The notes beneath the pieces are model-generated. The model was not told the DNA's origin, did not search any database, and worked only from the letters and a program-made list of their open reading frames with translations. A stretch of 34,347 bases of DNA from Octopus bimaculoides (Eukaryota): assembly GCF_001194135.2 (NCBI RefSeq), contig NC_068985.1, forward strand, positions 101,587,494-101,621,840. The letters run 5' to 3'. Numbering within the stretch: position 1 is the stretch's first letter; every line of letters begins with the position of its first letter. Below are positions 21,601 to 34,347 of the stretch, in pieces. The translations under genes were made by a program, and so were the position numbers.

Positions 21601-21974
21601 AGGCAGAGGTGAGGCTATGTGGTCAGAAGATTGTCTTCCAAACATGTGGTTCCGGGCTCAATCCCACTGTCTGGAGGTTTGAAGGATTGTCCTCTACTAT
21701 AGACCTGACCACCGAAAAGATTGGGAGTGGGCACATTTAGACAAAGGAAACTGAAATCCTCCCATCATAGGTGCATATTTATGTGTGTGTACATGTACAT
21801 GGGTTTGGCAAACGGCGTTCTTTTGTTTACGTTCCAGCAACTTAGCTTTTCGAAAAGAACGTTATATAATTACCAGGATTTAAAGATAATATGATCGATT
21901 CCTTCGACTAAAATCTTCAAGGTGTCTCTCTAGCATGGCCGCAGTCCAATGACTGCAATAGATAAAAACTAAAC
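21601..21974 (+). mobile_element. SINE family A, near full length, degenerate
   Basis: Head ggctatgtggtcagaag...gttccgggctcaatcccactg, internal (TG)-like stretch and tail cttcgactaaaatcttcaaggtgtctctctagcatggccgcagtccaatgactgcaa, which mirrors 34105-34140. Confidence 0.85.
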
Positions 21975-22969
21975 TATAATAGTAACCAGCATATAAAAAA
22001 TATGTTCTGTGTTGTTGCGTTTCAGTTATTCTGCTACTTAAAAAATATTTTGTTTACGTACGTTTGTCAATGTATATCCATACACAAATCCGATCGTGTT
22101 CAGAAAAGTGACTTTCAGCGAGCAAATTGTAGTATAATCCTTTTTTAAGCAATGCTTGCCCATCTTTTACCTACGGTGTTTCATTCCGTTTAGGAAACGT
22201 TGATGACGTAATAAAATCCATGATTAGTTTTGATATGTTTACGAGATGTTGGTGCTATTCACTAAGCTTGTATACCAAAAGCTTAAATTTACATGATTTA
22301 TTTCTCTCTAAAGTTACCCCTGTGTTGAATGTTTTACAACACAAACATATAAATATAAGAATGGCAGTAATTGAAATGAAGTGTTGTGGTATGGGAGCAT
22401 TTTGAAAATGATGTTGACATTCTTTGAAAACGTTAGACAGCCCAACACAAATTTTAAACATCCTATCAATCAGAGAAATTGAATGCTATTAAGTGACAAG
22501 AATGAGAGTATGGCACATAATTCCATCGCTTGAATCATGTGAATTTATTGTTCAATTCAATAGCATCGATAGCCTTAATTATTATCTGTTGTGTTTTTAT
22601 GTTTCCTTTATCAAATAAAATAGCTACCCTGTACTAGGTTCTATAGATTTCGCCCAAACCGAAAGTATATCCAACCTATATCGATTGTGGGAATGTAAGA
22701 TTCGTTTTCTCAAACATGTTTCGTTTTTGGAAGAGATATAGATAAGGACATTTTCATTAGGGTGTTTATATATTCACTTATCCAAGCTGATTTCTAATAT
22801 ATATGGTCTATGATATAATCACAATACACTACATAAATAAGCAAAACAATAGGAAAGGGAATAAGTAAAGTCAATGAGGCACTAGATTCTAAATTCGCCG
22901 TTTAAAGTTAATTCAAATGTTGTAATTTCAATTTTTTAAAATTCTATTTAAAGCAATAAATACCGTAAC

Positions 22970-23180
22970 AAGATAGCGAGCAGACAGAATTATTAGGCCG
23001 CTGGCCGATTGCTTAGCGGCTTTTTTCCGATTTTCGCTCTGAGTTCAGATTTAATCCTTTGAAGTTCATAATTTTGGGGTCGATAAAAAAAGTACTAGTT
23101 GATCGTTGGAAACGATGTGATCGTCTTACTACCTTTCCTGAAATTGCTGGTCATGTACCAAACTTTGAAACCAATATATT
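22970..23180 (+). mobile_element. SINE family B, degenerate
   Basis: agatagcgagcagacagaattattagg...gcttagcgg...ctctgagttcagat...ggggtcgataaaaaaagtactag...aaattgctggtcatgtaccaaactttgaaacc. Confidence 0.75.
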
Positions 23181-23624
23181 GTACCTTATACTGTTATCAT
23201 ATGTGACCAGATGAGTTAATAACTATAAGACAATTCCTGTTACTATGAAGGAGCAATGAAGCCGTGAAATTGAAAAACCTAAAATATTTTTAAATATGCA
23301 TAATTTCAGTATGAATTAAAGGAACATCTTTTTGCCGAACAAATGCTCGCCTACGTAGAATCTGGGTAAAAAGACAAGAAAAGAAAAGAAAGGAACGTCT
23401 GTAATTATATTTCTTCCTATGGCATATACTAACATCCAACAACTCATATTGCTTGTTAAAATTAGTATCGGATACATTTTGATGCTGTTTCAGAAAGAAA
23501 ATACAAAGTATCAAATTAAAGCAGTTTAGTCTGTCACAAGAGAGACGAATATAACAGGAGAATCAATTCTTTTTAATGATATGAACCTCAGATACGTTGC
23601 TAAATTTAGAGAAATCATATTGAT

Positions 23625-23650
23625 GATATATATATGTATACATATGTGTG

Positions 23651-23718
<68 letters not shown>

Positions 23719-23785
23719 TATATATATACGTACATACATATACGTGTATGTATATATATATATATATATATACATACACACACTT
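23625..23785. repeat. (TA)/(CA)n compound microsatellite
   Basis: Direct reading. Confidence 0.95.
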
Positions 23786-23829
23786 TGTTATATGTCTCTG
23801 ACTTTTGATTTGATGTCAGTAGGCAGAAA

Positions 23830-24150
23830 CTTCAAACCGTGCTATAGTGCTATATCTGGAACTACTAGCTCATATTATGTCAATATTGGTAGAGGTATTC
23901 TGAATTGTTTTCTGAGAGTAGCTATGTCTATTCCATCTCTTTTATCTGCTACTTACTCTCAACATTTATCAAAATATACATTTACTATCTCCTACCTCTA
24001 TCCATTCATATTATTGGAAGTACGTTCTTATTTGAATTTTTCTGTTCTTATTTTCCCAACTTCCATGTATTCTACATTTCTCTTGGATATTCTTTCGCTC
24101 TCTATCACTACTTCCATCTTGCCTATTTTTTCAAACATTAACTTCATGCA
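23830..24150 (-). mobile_element. Possible very old RTE-type LINE RT remnant
   Basis: Purine-biased minus strand with EVNV*KN, EKFK*..S and RIPLPILT*YELVVPDIAL*HG, loosely like KVN..KT, FKYLGS and IPL..K..Y...V......HG. Weak. Confidence 0.35.
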
Positions 24151-24244
24151 ATAAACAGTTTAATTACATTGACGAATATTCTATGGCTCACATATATATT
24201 CTAAGTCATTATTGTCTCGAAATATTAAGGTAATATTCTCTTAC

Positions 24245-24303
24245 CTTGTATAGTCATTGGACTTGTGTCTCTGGTTTGTCTCTACATCACTTCCACTCAT
24301 TAT
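24245..24303 (-). other. Candidate exon of an unidentified gene
   Basis: Acceptor tatgtattcatag and donor AAG|GTAAGA flank 59 nt. Only one frame is open (IMSGSDVETNQRHKSNDYT). No homology recognised. Confidence 0.3.
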
Positions 24304-25844
24304 CTATGAATACATAATATAAATATATACATATTTACACATATGCATATATTCATGTATTTATATAAAATCTTAACAGCTTTGAGAAGCTCCATAACTT
24401 ATTTGAATATTATTGAAGTATCAAAAAGCCGGATGGTTTGAAACTTAAGCAACCACATTGTTGAAGATAATTTACTTGAAATTTTGTCCAGGCCAACATC
24501 ACATATATACATATATACATATGAATAAATATACATCTGTAAATACATGTATGCATATGTGTGTGTGCATGTGTGTAAGCTTATACGTATAAACATTTTT
24601 TGGAGGTAAAACAAAGTATCATGGATATTTATTTTTATTTCAGCTTTCTTTGTCGTACTCATCGGAACATTTTTGCAGTTAATTTCTTCTGTTAATTTTC
24701 TTTTCGTTAATTTTCTTCCGCTAATTTTCTTTTGAAGCAAAATAATGAATAACTGTAATGAGCTTACAAATTCACTAATACTGATAAAACAAAATGCAGC
24801 CGTTAACTTCTTTCTCAATCTTCTTGTAAAACTATATTCAGGGACGAATTTCACAATCGATGTATCAAATCAATTTTCTCGATCACCTGTTATCGTTTAT
24901 CTTTTATATTTATGTTTCTTCCATTAGATTGTAACCACACAGAACTTACTCTGTGAAGAAGTTTTCCCTCTCATTACAGAGCTGAACTTTGTATTAATTC
25001 ATCGAGTAAGCGTTCAGAAAAAAGAAAGATTAATTCCATTCACCATATTTCTGAAGACGAAATATTCTGCCTAGAATGCATCTATTAGTCAACAGGAGTT
25101 TCCCTAACATATTTTACTAGAAACTCTAGCTTCGTCTTGAAATTGATTGCAATAATCCTTCTGTAACCAGTATTGGATAAATTAATAGTCACGGATTTGT
25201 TCTTCCTGCAGTCTAATCTCCTGTCCGTAATTATAATTGATTTTAGTGCTTGTATTCTAAATCTAAAATATCTGAGCTGCTGAAGGCTCTCGTACACGTC
25301 TGAGAACCGGTTTTCTACAACAATAACCAATAATATACCGTAAAAATATAATATACAGTGCATAAGGTTTGTTCTTTGGGTGCTTGGTAAATTCAGATTT
25401 TATTGTTACCGTTTTACGGGGAATAGAAAATTCATGTCTTCATATATGATTGGAAATGTTTTTCATTGAACGAATATCTAATGAAGCCAATCAAAGTATA
25501 TTATTTATATATTGTGCACTTCCATTTATTACAAATGCAAACAATTCTAGATATTTTAGAACCCCTCCTTATTAAAAACATAGTCGTAAACAGCCTAAAC
25601 ATCAACTTGTTTCTAGGCACAAAATTAATCTCTTTTCTGTTGCCGCAAGTATTTTCCATTTTATATAAAATAAGAACATTTGGAAATTCTCATAGATTTG
25701 CTTCTCTTCAACAATCGTGTATGCAACACGTANNNNNNNNNNATTTCTATAATTTCCCCCCCCCCCAGGAATATGAACACAGAGACACACATATCCATGT
25801 GTGCATTTCTGTACACATACCACTTCCTCTGTCTCACTCCGTTT

Positions 25845-25898
25845 CTCCCTCTCACTTCCTCTCACCCTCTCTCTCTCACTCACTCTGTCTATCTATCC

Positions 25899-25934
<36 letters not shown>

Positions 25935-25995
25935 GTCTGTCTGTATGTCTGTCTGCCTGTCTGTCTATCTATCTATGTATTTATTTATCTCTATG
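25845..25995. repeat. (CT)n/(CTAT)n/(CTGT)n compound microsatellite
   Basis: Direct reading. Confidence 0.95.
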
Positions 25996-28900
25996 CGTGT
26001 AATTGTCAGTGTGTGCTTGTACAATGTTCCTTACATACAAAGTGTGTGTAGAAAACAAATCATTCGGTGTTAGATTGATATTTACGCAATATAGATTTTT
26101 AAACAAATGTTCGTGGAAAGGTCGATTTTTTTTATTTCTTTGTGAGATTTTGTTTCGTAGTTCTCAAGTGTAAAATTATCTCATTAACGACGAGGCAAAG
26201 AGACCTCGACCACCTTTCGCGAATGTAATCTGACCTATGTACAAATTATTGTTTATTCTAAGATGTATTCTTTGCATCAGATTTGATTGTCTGTCGGTAA
26301 GGATCAATTGCTAGAGGTTGGCATTGTTTTCAATCAGTCATTATATTTGCTTCAATCCACCTCCTGTTTAGTTGTCGCACTCACGAACCTACACACGCTT
26401 ATACTCACGTATATACACAATTCCTATTGTCTTTCCTATTTCCAAAAACTGCCACATCCATAAATCTTCCTAAACCTCTCACTCGTCCATTCACTTCTTC
26501 ATCTTCCCTTTATATATGTTTCTGCGTTTACCTCTCTTATATGTCTTAATATAATACCGACTCATCACATCCTCTACCCATAACGCCAAGCATAATTCCA
26601 TTAAAAGCGATGTCTTTTAATGCTGTATTATTATTCAAGGGCATTTCTTTGTTTTCCTACGGTCTTGACATGGCCAATAGAATATTTGGACAAACCGATC
26701 GTTAAATAAGACATCACTTTTCTAAATTGTCAGAATTGTATCAACAGTACTCGTAGAAGACAATCTATGTTTGCTTGTTTTAGACTGAATATCTTCATTA
26801 TTATTTTACCGATATTGGCTGCCAGCTTGCGGATTCCACAATGCAAATATTTATTATTATTATTGTCTCCTCTTAAACATATTCATTTGTCCTCCTGCTG
26901 TTCAAACACAACCTATTTTCCATAGAAAAGTGAACTGAACATATATCTATATACCGAGGTTAGTCATTATAATTTTATGATTTGTGTTCAGTCTTGAAAA
27001 CTGTAACGTATTTTCAAGAAATCAACATTTTACATGTGGAATATGCAAATGTTCACCATTACGGAATTTTTGTTCTTTCATTTATTTCTTTAACCTGTAA
27101 ATAGTATATGTTAACTGGATCTGTTAATTTTATTAGGCTTCATAATATTTGTAAATATTCATGCTTTGATATAAGTCATATAATTAAAAGAATCATATCG
27201 ATAAAATACACATGGACATCGACTACAGATGTGGCAATGATAAAATTGATAAAATATATTTCAAAATCGGAGTGTAATGGAAAGGGATACTATTAAATGT
27301 ATAGATATTTCATTTCAGCACTGATTTCTTCCTATATTCAACTAGTTACTAAGATTGAATAATCGTCTCAATTAAACCAAAATGAGCAGCCATGAAATTG
27401 AGTTAAGAGACGGGACACACACAGACCCACACATAAACAAATATATATGTGTGTGAGTGTGTGTATGTGTGTGTGTGCGCGCGCGCTTATACATTGATAT
27501 ATTTTTCAGACCTGTAGTCATTCTTATACCATACCTATTATTTCAATGCGTTAATTCTGTGTCAATTTTATAGTATGCATTTCTTTTATCTAATAGACCT
27601 GTTCCACAAAAAAAATAGAATATTGGAAACTTGAAAAAACAAAGAAATATTTCTCACTTTCAAAATTTGTGGTCCAATCCACTAAAATGTTATACTTCGA
27701 AATCTATTCTAAAGAGTATTTCTAATATAAAAAGGTCGATATTTCTTATATATATGATGACTACAGTCGAAGATACTTGTAATAACTTTTAGTTTCTAGC
27801 CAGATAAAAATGTAGAAATAATGGCTTCGAGTTAGTTAAGCATGATTGACATGAGAGATAATCCAACATGACAGTTATTTAAGCGTGTGATGAAATGGGT
27901 TAAATGTAACACTCTCACTTCATCCAAACTAAACAGGGATTGATCTTTTGTAGTTACGAACATTACTTTAGAATAATGCAATGAAAGGATTTCGTACGAT
28001 AATCCGAGAGCGATAAGATGTGTAAGAGCACGGCCTATGTCTTACTCAATATTATATATTAATGCTAATGCAATTTTTGTCTAAGCTCAACACACTTATA
28101 ATTTTTAACATCAGAATTTTCGGTGGGCTGTATTAAATAAATGTATTCTTGACATTTGTAAATGTTGATATACATCTGTCAAATGATTATATACGTTTAT
28201 ATGACCCTAAATGCACTTGTAATCAAAGACTGTGTCTCTCCAAATATCAATTTTTGTCATTGGAATTAATGTATACCGAATCTGTCCCTTTCATCTATGC
28301 ATCATAGGACATCATATTGTTGGCACAGCATATAGCAATAATTGTCATGCCTGTTGTCATACATTTTAACAAATACAGCTTTAACAGAGGTATTGTCATC
28401 AGTGTAAATTCAAATCATGGCATCAACAATCAAATGTATATGTTCTGGAAACTACCTTTAAATAAAACTGACTTTTTTGTGAGGAAAGTTATGTGGATTT
28501 GTCTCAAATCTTCGATATTGTTTAGTTGAATATTTCGGAGTTTGGTGATTGTATATGTACGGCTATTACACAATATTGGATATCCAAGCGGAATGCTACC
28601 TTGTAATGTGCATAACACGATTTGATATGTAATATAAAGAATTTTATTTATTTGTGATGCCTTACACATTATATGATTATTTTGAATGTTAGTTTTTATT
28701 TTATTATTTACAATCTGATAATCCGTCACGTGCGATTATATTTCTTGCTTCTACTTCATTGAAATTTTCCACATTAGCATTGTTTAATGATAATTGGAAC
28801 AATATTTTAATTGCATATGTTACAGCTGGCATTCAGTTTTCCAAAATAGACTCTGACTTTAAAAAACGTTTTAAAAAGAGATGTCAAGAGTGCTGCAAAA

Positions 28901-31900
28901 TAATAGCGCGTAATTTTATCGTTGCTGTCAGTCTCATCACGATCCCTTCTCTTTGAACAATGGCCTCATATTATAAACTAACGAAAGTGAATTATATGTC
29001 AATGTCATATTCAAAAGATATTTTTTTGTCGATTTTACCCTGTTGTTATGTTTATCGCCGATGTGATTTCAAATACTGATAAAAGAAAATTAAAATAAAT
29101 ATTAGAAATTTGCTTTTTAATTCTTAGTACACGTTATAAAATGCATGGACATAAAATACATTCACACTCATGCAGATATATTCACATACGCACGCGCGAA
29201 CGTAGGTGTGTAGTTGCCTGTTGGTGTGTATGCGCGCTCATGATTGAAATGGTCATATTTTTCGTCTATGTAGAATAGTGTATACATGCATTCATAAATG
29301 GATGTATTCATAAAGTAATCATATTCCAGTTTTATTTGTTTCATTTTTTACTCCTGTAATAGCTGCATATACCACAGTATCTATATTAGTTTTATTTTGC
29401 TTGTCTCCGTTATCTTTCAACAAGCTTGTGTATGCACTGTACATCTGTATTTGAATGTGTCTTTCATGCAACCTACATTTTATTCTAGATATAAACTTCT
29501 TGAGATTGACACGCTGGTGGGTATAATCATATTTGAGGAAGTATTTTATATTATTTACAAAAATTTCCTTGCGTACCCACTGAGTTCTATTATAGTGGAT
29601 ACCAGGCATGTTGCGCAGATTATATTTTGAGGGATTTTTTATTTAGCACTCGTTTCCTCTCTTTGAAACTTTTTTTTCTTTTTATTATTTCTGTAATATT
29701 TAACTCTATGCATGTAATATAAATTTTTCATCACGAGTTTCAGTGTTTTACACCATGTGTTCCTTGTTCGTAAACGCTTTTATTTTTCCGGTAGTTTCCA
29801 AATTAACGCTACATTTGTAATGCTATTTGCGTAAATATATGTACGTTGTCACCCCATCTGAAAATTTGCTGTATTATTTTAAGGAACATGCAACTTTTGA
29901 AATCTGTCCTGAAGTGCAGTGATAGATTTCGTAGTTGATTGTTCCACGAGAATCAATATATCTTACGCAACAATCATTAACAAAAAGCGTTGATCACAAT
30001 CCTACTCCATTTTTACCACGCGCCGGAATGCTAAGTTCTAAACCTCGCAGAGCTATGAGCTTGCTTAGCTAGCAACTAATGTTAGATTGTATTATCTTAA
30101 CATTCAGATCGACTGAATACTTTTGAGAATCCACTTGCTGAACTGATGCTTATGTGGCAGTCATTTTGCCTCATCTAGTTTTTGATGAGGATTTCTATGT
30201 ATATAAAGACTTTTATATAGCTTACATTTTCAATATTTTCTGTGATATGCTAACAGATTTTGGAGTTTCTACAAATAGCCTGCTTTTTGGATATATCAGT
30301 TTTATGACATATGCTTTAAATAAATGTTCAGTCTATTAGTTTATCATTTGAATAATCTCCTTTCCGTAGAGCAGCCCCAAGCCGCCTAAATGTATTGCAA
30401 CTACTTCAAATAGGAGAACAACACCCATAGGAATCTGCTGAGCTAATCTAATATAGTTGTAAATATTATTCCATCGATGATAACTAGGGAGATTAAGGGT
30501 AAAATGGATAGAATGCTGCTGCATACTGGATCCGCTGAATGCACTCGAGAATGTGTTTTATTGTAAATAATCACACAGCGTTTGAATAGTTAAAGTAGCG
30601 AGTTATCTGTTTCATGATTTTCTGCTGCTAAAGTTTGTGAAATCTTGCTTATGAAAACTTAAGAGACATAAAATTGTGCATGGATGATGGTTTAGCAGAT
30701 ATATTTATGAACATATGTTTTAAGCAGATTGATAGATCCAGTTTTATGCAGCTATTTGTTAGAGAAGACTTATTGGTAAGTATGTGCAATAGTTACTGGG
30801 TGGAATGTGAAGCGATATCGTACCGTGGTAATCAAAAGAATATGAAAATTCTCGAGACAACTCGTGAAAATACTGTTAGTCCATAAATACCCTTAACAAT
30901 TTAAAATCTTCAAAAAACAATGCAAAATCCAAACAATTCGGCAGAGTTTACTCGCAAATAACTAAAATTGTATAAAACACTTCAGAAAATTTCCATGTGT
31001 GTGTCCATTGGTTGCAAGGAATACCGCGAGATGATACAGTACAATCAATTTTGGGAATTGTAAAGATAATTTATGAACATAATTTACAGATTCTAAAGGG
31101 CTTTTTTCTGAATATCATTGGTGGGCGTAGCTCCATTTTATAATATTTACCATTCCCTGTTATATGTTATGTAAGTGATGTACTCATATACGTTACTACA
31201 TTGAACTTGTATTGTTATTATAAATTAATTGATAAACAAAACTGTAATAACTTGCAAGTATTTTGTAACTGATTAAAAATATTTGCTTTATTCATGAAGA
31301 AAATGCTAAGTCATTATCATGCTTAATTCATGATATAATAACAAAATTAGTTTGGAGTATCTATATTTGCCTTAAGGGAAAAATTGAAACTCGTTCAAAT
31401 ATTGGTATTACGTTAAAGTAACAATCGTTATGCAAACCACTGGAGAATATCAAATAGCTAGTGTAAAATGACATTCTCGGTTTGAAAAAACTGCAGTTTC
31501 ACGTGTAATAAAGAAGCTGCTTCAGCGAGTCTGAAAAGAACGCATTCGGATTCGTAAAAGAAAACGCAAAGAAATGTAATCCATGCATATATGGCACGTG
31601 TGTACACATTAAATTACACAACTGATAGATTTTTGCCACTTTTATTTCCTTCGTGCTGTTCAATATTCTGACGCCAACTGACATTGTTAGGAATTTTCAA
31701 AGACTACTAGTTATCTATCTTGTGATTAAAAATATGGGTCGGCAGGAACAAAATATAGGATCCTTTGTATTTGAATATACTTGTATTAATCATGTCGTTT
31801 CTTTTCTATTTTCTTCAATAATATCGCCCAAATCGAAAGAGGCCATCTAAATGTAATTACCATATTTTCTTTTAGAAAAATGCTTAATCAAATTGATAGT

Positions 31901-33047
31901 CATTAAAAGATGGATTAAATTTTGAAGGAGAATGGTTCACACTACAAGCTGTGTCTAAATCATGTACTTTAGATTTTGATGCCGGTGAAGTTTGCTAAAT
32001 CTTTTAGAACTGCAGTTTAGTGCATTAATAAAGTTTCATTCTAAATTACCCTTCAACATAGTCTTATAATTTATGCTTACTTTATTAGTATTTAAGAGTC
32101 TTGTGTAAAAGATAGATATGTTTTTGTTACTTTTTCGTATGTTTTCGTTCCATAAGCAATCTGAATATTATATGTTTATTCAATAGAGTACTTGTGAAAC
32201 AATGAACAATTTTAATAACAAAATGTTTCACGAAGCTTTAACTTACAGATGTAACTGTGATTAAAAACCTGATAGAGCACTTGGAGACAGTATCTCGCAC
32301 AGAAATTCAAACACCACCTTAGAACGGCTGATGCAAAAAAAAGCTGCCTGTTCTTAATTGTAAGAGTGAAGCTTCCCTTATATAACAGCATTATCTGGAA
32401 GTAAAAAATTATTTCTATATCGCAAGTAAGACCGAATGATTCTGACAAACACGACTTGAACAATAATGAATAATAACCCGATGTAATATGAAAGAATTTC
32501 AAAAACACTAAACGGCAAAAAATTGAATAGAGTTACAATTGTAGACTAGATGTTATCAAATAGAATGTGTGTGTTTTGTCCGGTGTTTTGATTGATTAAG
32601 ACGTGATAATTCTTGCAATGAAGCGTTGACGTTAAACCGAGAGTATCACAGCTTTAATGAACATTTATCAAAATTAGAATTATTAATGTTTTATTATTGA
32701 TTTTGCAAGAAAACGCTATTTTCAATTAAGAAGAAATACAAGACTTTCACATTTGCACTAGATACATTACATTCCTGACATGGAAGACCAAAGCCATTAA
32801 TTGCAGAGTCTAAAATATACAGAATTTTCATATCTTGTTGTTAGGTGAAGATTAAAAGCTTAAAGTAAAACTTCGTAAATATATCTATCTTTATTCAGTG
32901 TAAATATAATCATATTTATCAAATTACATACAGAAGACATTGCAAACAATGGTTTTCTGTGGTCTTAGAAATATTCCAAGACTAAGTTCAATGGCAAAGT
33001 TGTTAATAAACTTTTGGTTAGATTAATTGAATTCAACAACTCAACGG

Positions 33048-33143
33048 GCGTGTGCGTGTGCTTGTGTGTGTCTGTTTGTGTGTGTGTATGTTTGTGTGCG
33101 TATATATATATATATATATATATGCATATATACGTGTATATAC

Positions 33144-33177
<34 letters not shown>

Positions 33178-33314
33178 NNNNNNNNNNNNNNNNNNNNNNN
33201 NNNNNNNNNNNNNNNNNNNNNNNNNNNNNNNNNNNNNNNNNNNNNNNNNNNNNNNNNNNNNNNNNNNNNNNNNNNNNNNNNNNNNNNNNNNNNNNNNNNN
33301 NNNNNNNNNNNNNN

Positions 33315-33345
<31 letters not shown>
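33048..33345. repeat. (TG)n/(TA)n compound microsatellite with internal gap
   Basis: Direct reading. Confidence 0.95.
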
Positions 33346-33346
<1 letters not shown>

Positions 33347-34088
33347 TATGATATGACACACTTGTAACACAAAGACACAACAGTATTTCGATAAATTGCA
33401 TTCATAGAGACAAAATCAAAGTTTCCTCCAGGCACAAAATTATGTTAAAGGCGCTGATGTATGATTCCTATCCTTGGGCTTTGAATAAATTCGTTGGGAC
33501 GTTCAGAATAAACTTTCCACACAAAACGTTTCAAAAATGCAGTATGTACTGGGAGTTTCATACTGTACCCATGTTTGTATTTGTGTGGGCGTGTTGTGTG
33601 TGTGTGTGTGGTTATCTGTGATTGTATAGATCAACAAATTGTCTAGGGCACTTAGTACGATTCGTGGAAACAAAATTGTTAAAACAATATGTTCGCAGTC
33701 CAACCACAGAAACAAGTGATGAAGAATTAAAGTTGTATGTATTATGTATATACAGGGTACATATTAAATATATATGTGGCATTTATGTATCCTGTTTCCT
33801 GTACATACATCTTCAAAGGTTTTGCAGTATCCTTCTGAAGATAATATATACTATAGATGTGCTGTGATTAGAAAAACAAATACACAAAATTATTTCGGAC
33901 GTACACGATACTCGTGCCAACAGTAGATAACGAAGACGTTATATGCAATTCTCTTCCATCCATAAGCGATAATATTGCTAGACGAATAAGGCAATATTTC
34001 ATTCCAAATATTTATTTGCATTAAGTATGATAAATATAGTTATCTAATCAAGTAAAACTTGTAACGCATATTTCTCTGGGTTTTTTTT

Positions 34089-34300
34089 ATTTATTCTTTT
34101 ACTTGTTTCAGTCATTTGACTGCGGCCATGCTAGAGCACCACTTTCAGTCGAACAAATTGACCTAAGGTTTCTTCTTTTTAAATCTAGTACTTATACTAT
34201 CGGTCTTTCGGTCTTTTTCCCGAACTACTAGGTTACAAAACCTAAACACTACTACATCGGTTATCAATCGATGGTGGAGGGACAAACACAGACACACACA
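34089..34300 (-). mobile_element. SINE family A, 3' half, reverse orientation; probably continues past the window edge
   Basis: ttcttttacttgtttcagtcatttgactgcggccatgctagagcacc...agtacttatactatcggtcttt...gaactactaggttac...gagggacaaacacagacac is the reverse complement of the tail seen at 21800-21974. Confidence 0.88.
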
Positions 34301-34347
34301 TACATACATATATACATATATATAAATATATGAATATATATATATAT

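Noticed and set aside
26400-26600. Possible RTE LINE C-terminal remnant on the minus strand (HI*REDEEVNGRVRGLGRFMDVAVFGNRK)
   Set aside because: The similarity is only a loose pattern in purine-skewed sequence and cannot be told from chance without a search.
30154-30524. GPCR or chemotactile-receptor-like hydrophobic frames
   Set aside because: No diagnostic motif (DRY, NPxxY, Cys-loop) is present, and hydrophobic runs are expected from T-rich DNA.

Overview
This is AT-rich, repeat-dense eukaryotic DNA with ten assembly gaps, most of them set inside or beside (TA)n/(CA)n tracts. The SINE families look like those I recall from octopus genomes, so the source is probably a cephalopod (inference, no search run). 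I find no intact protein-coding gene, RNA gene, CRISPR array or prokaryotic system, and most long ORFs in the track are N-gap or microsatellite artefacts. Well-supported features are decayed transposons: an internally deleted mariner (10457-11265, D,D34D spacing kept, third Asp mutated to Asn) and the 5' part of a Helitron RepHel gene with a 69-bp/23-aa coding tandem array and a Cys-rich motif (14128-15150). There are also an L1/Tx1-type LINE relic with endonuclease fused to RT by deletion (17566-18290), an RLE-type LINE RT fragment, a pogo/Tigger-type MITE, about 15 tRNA-derived SINE pieces and a (GAA)34 tract. Weaker leads are hammerhead-like hairpin elements (5580-5700, 109-273), several isolated candidate exons on both strands, and a CRE-half-site palindrome. 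The window most likely represents intronic or intergenic sequence, and I cannot support a claim of a novel biological system here.
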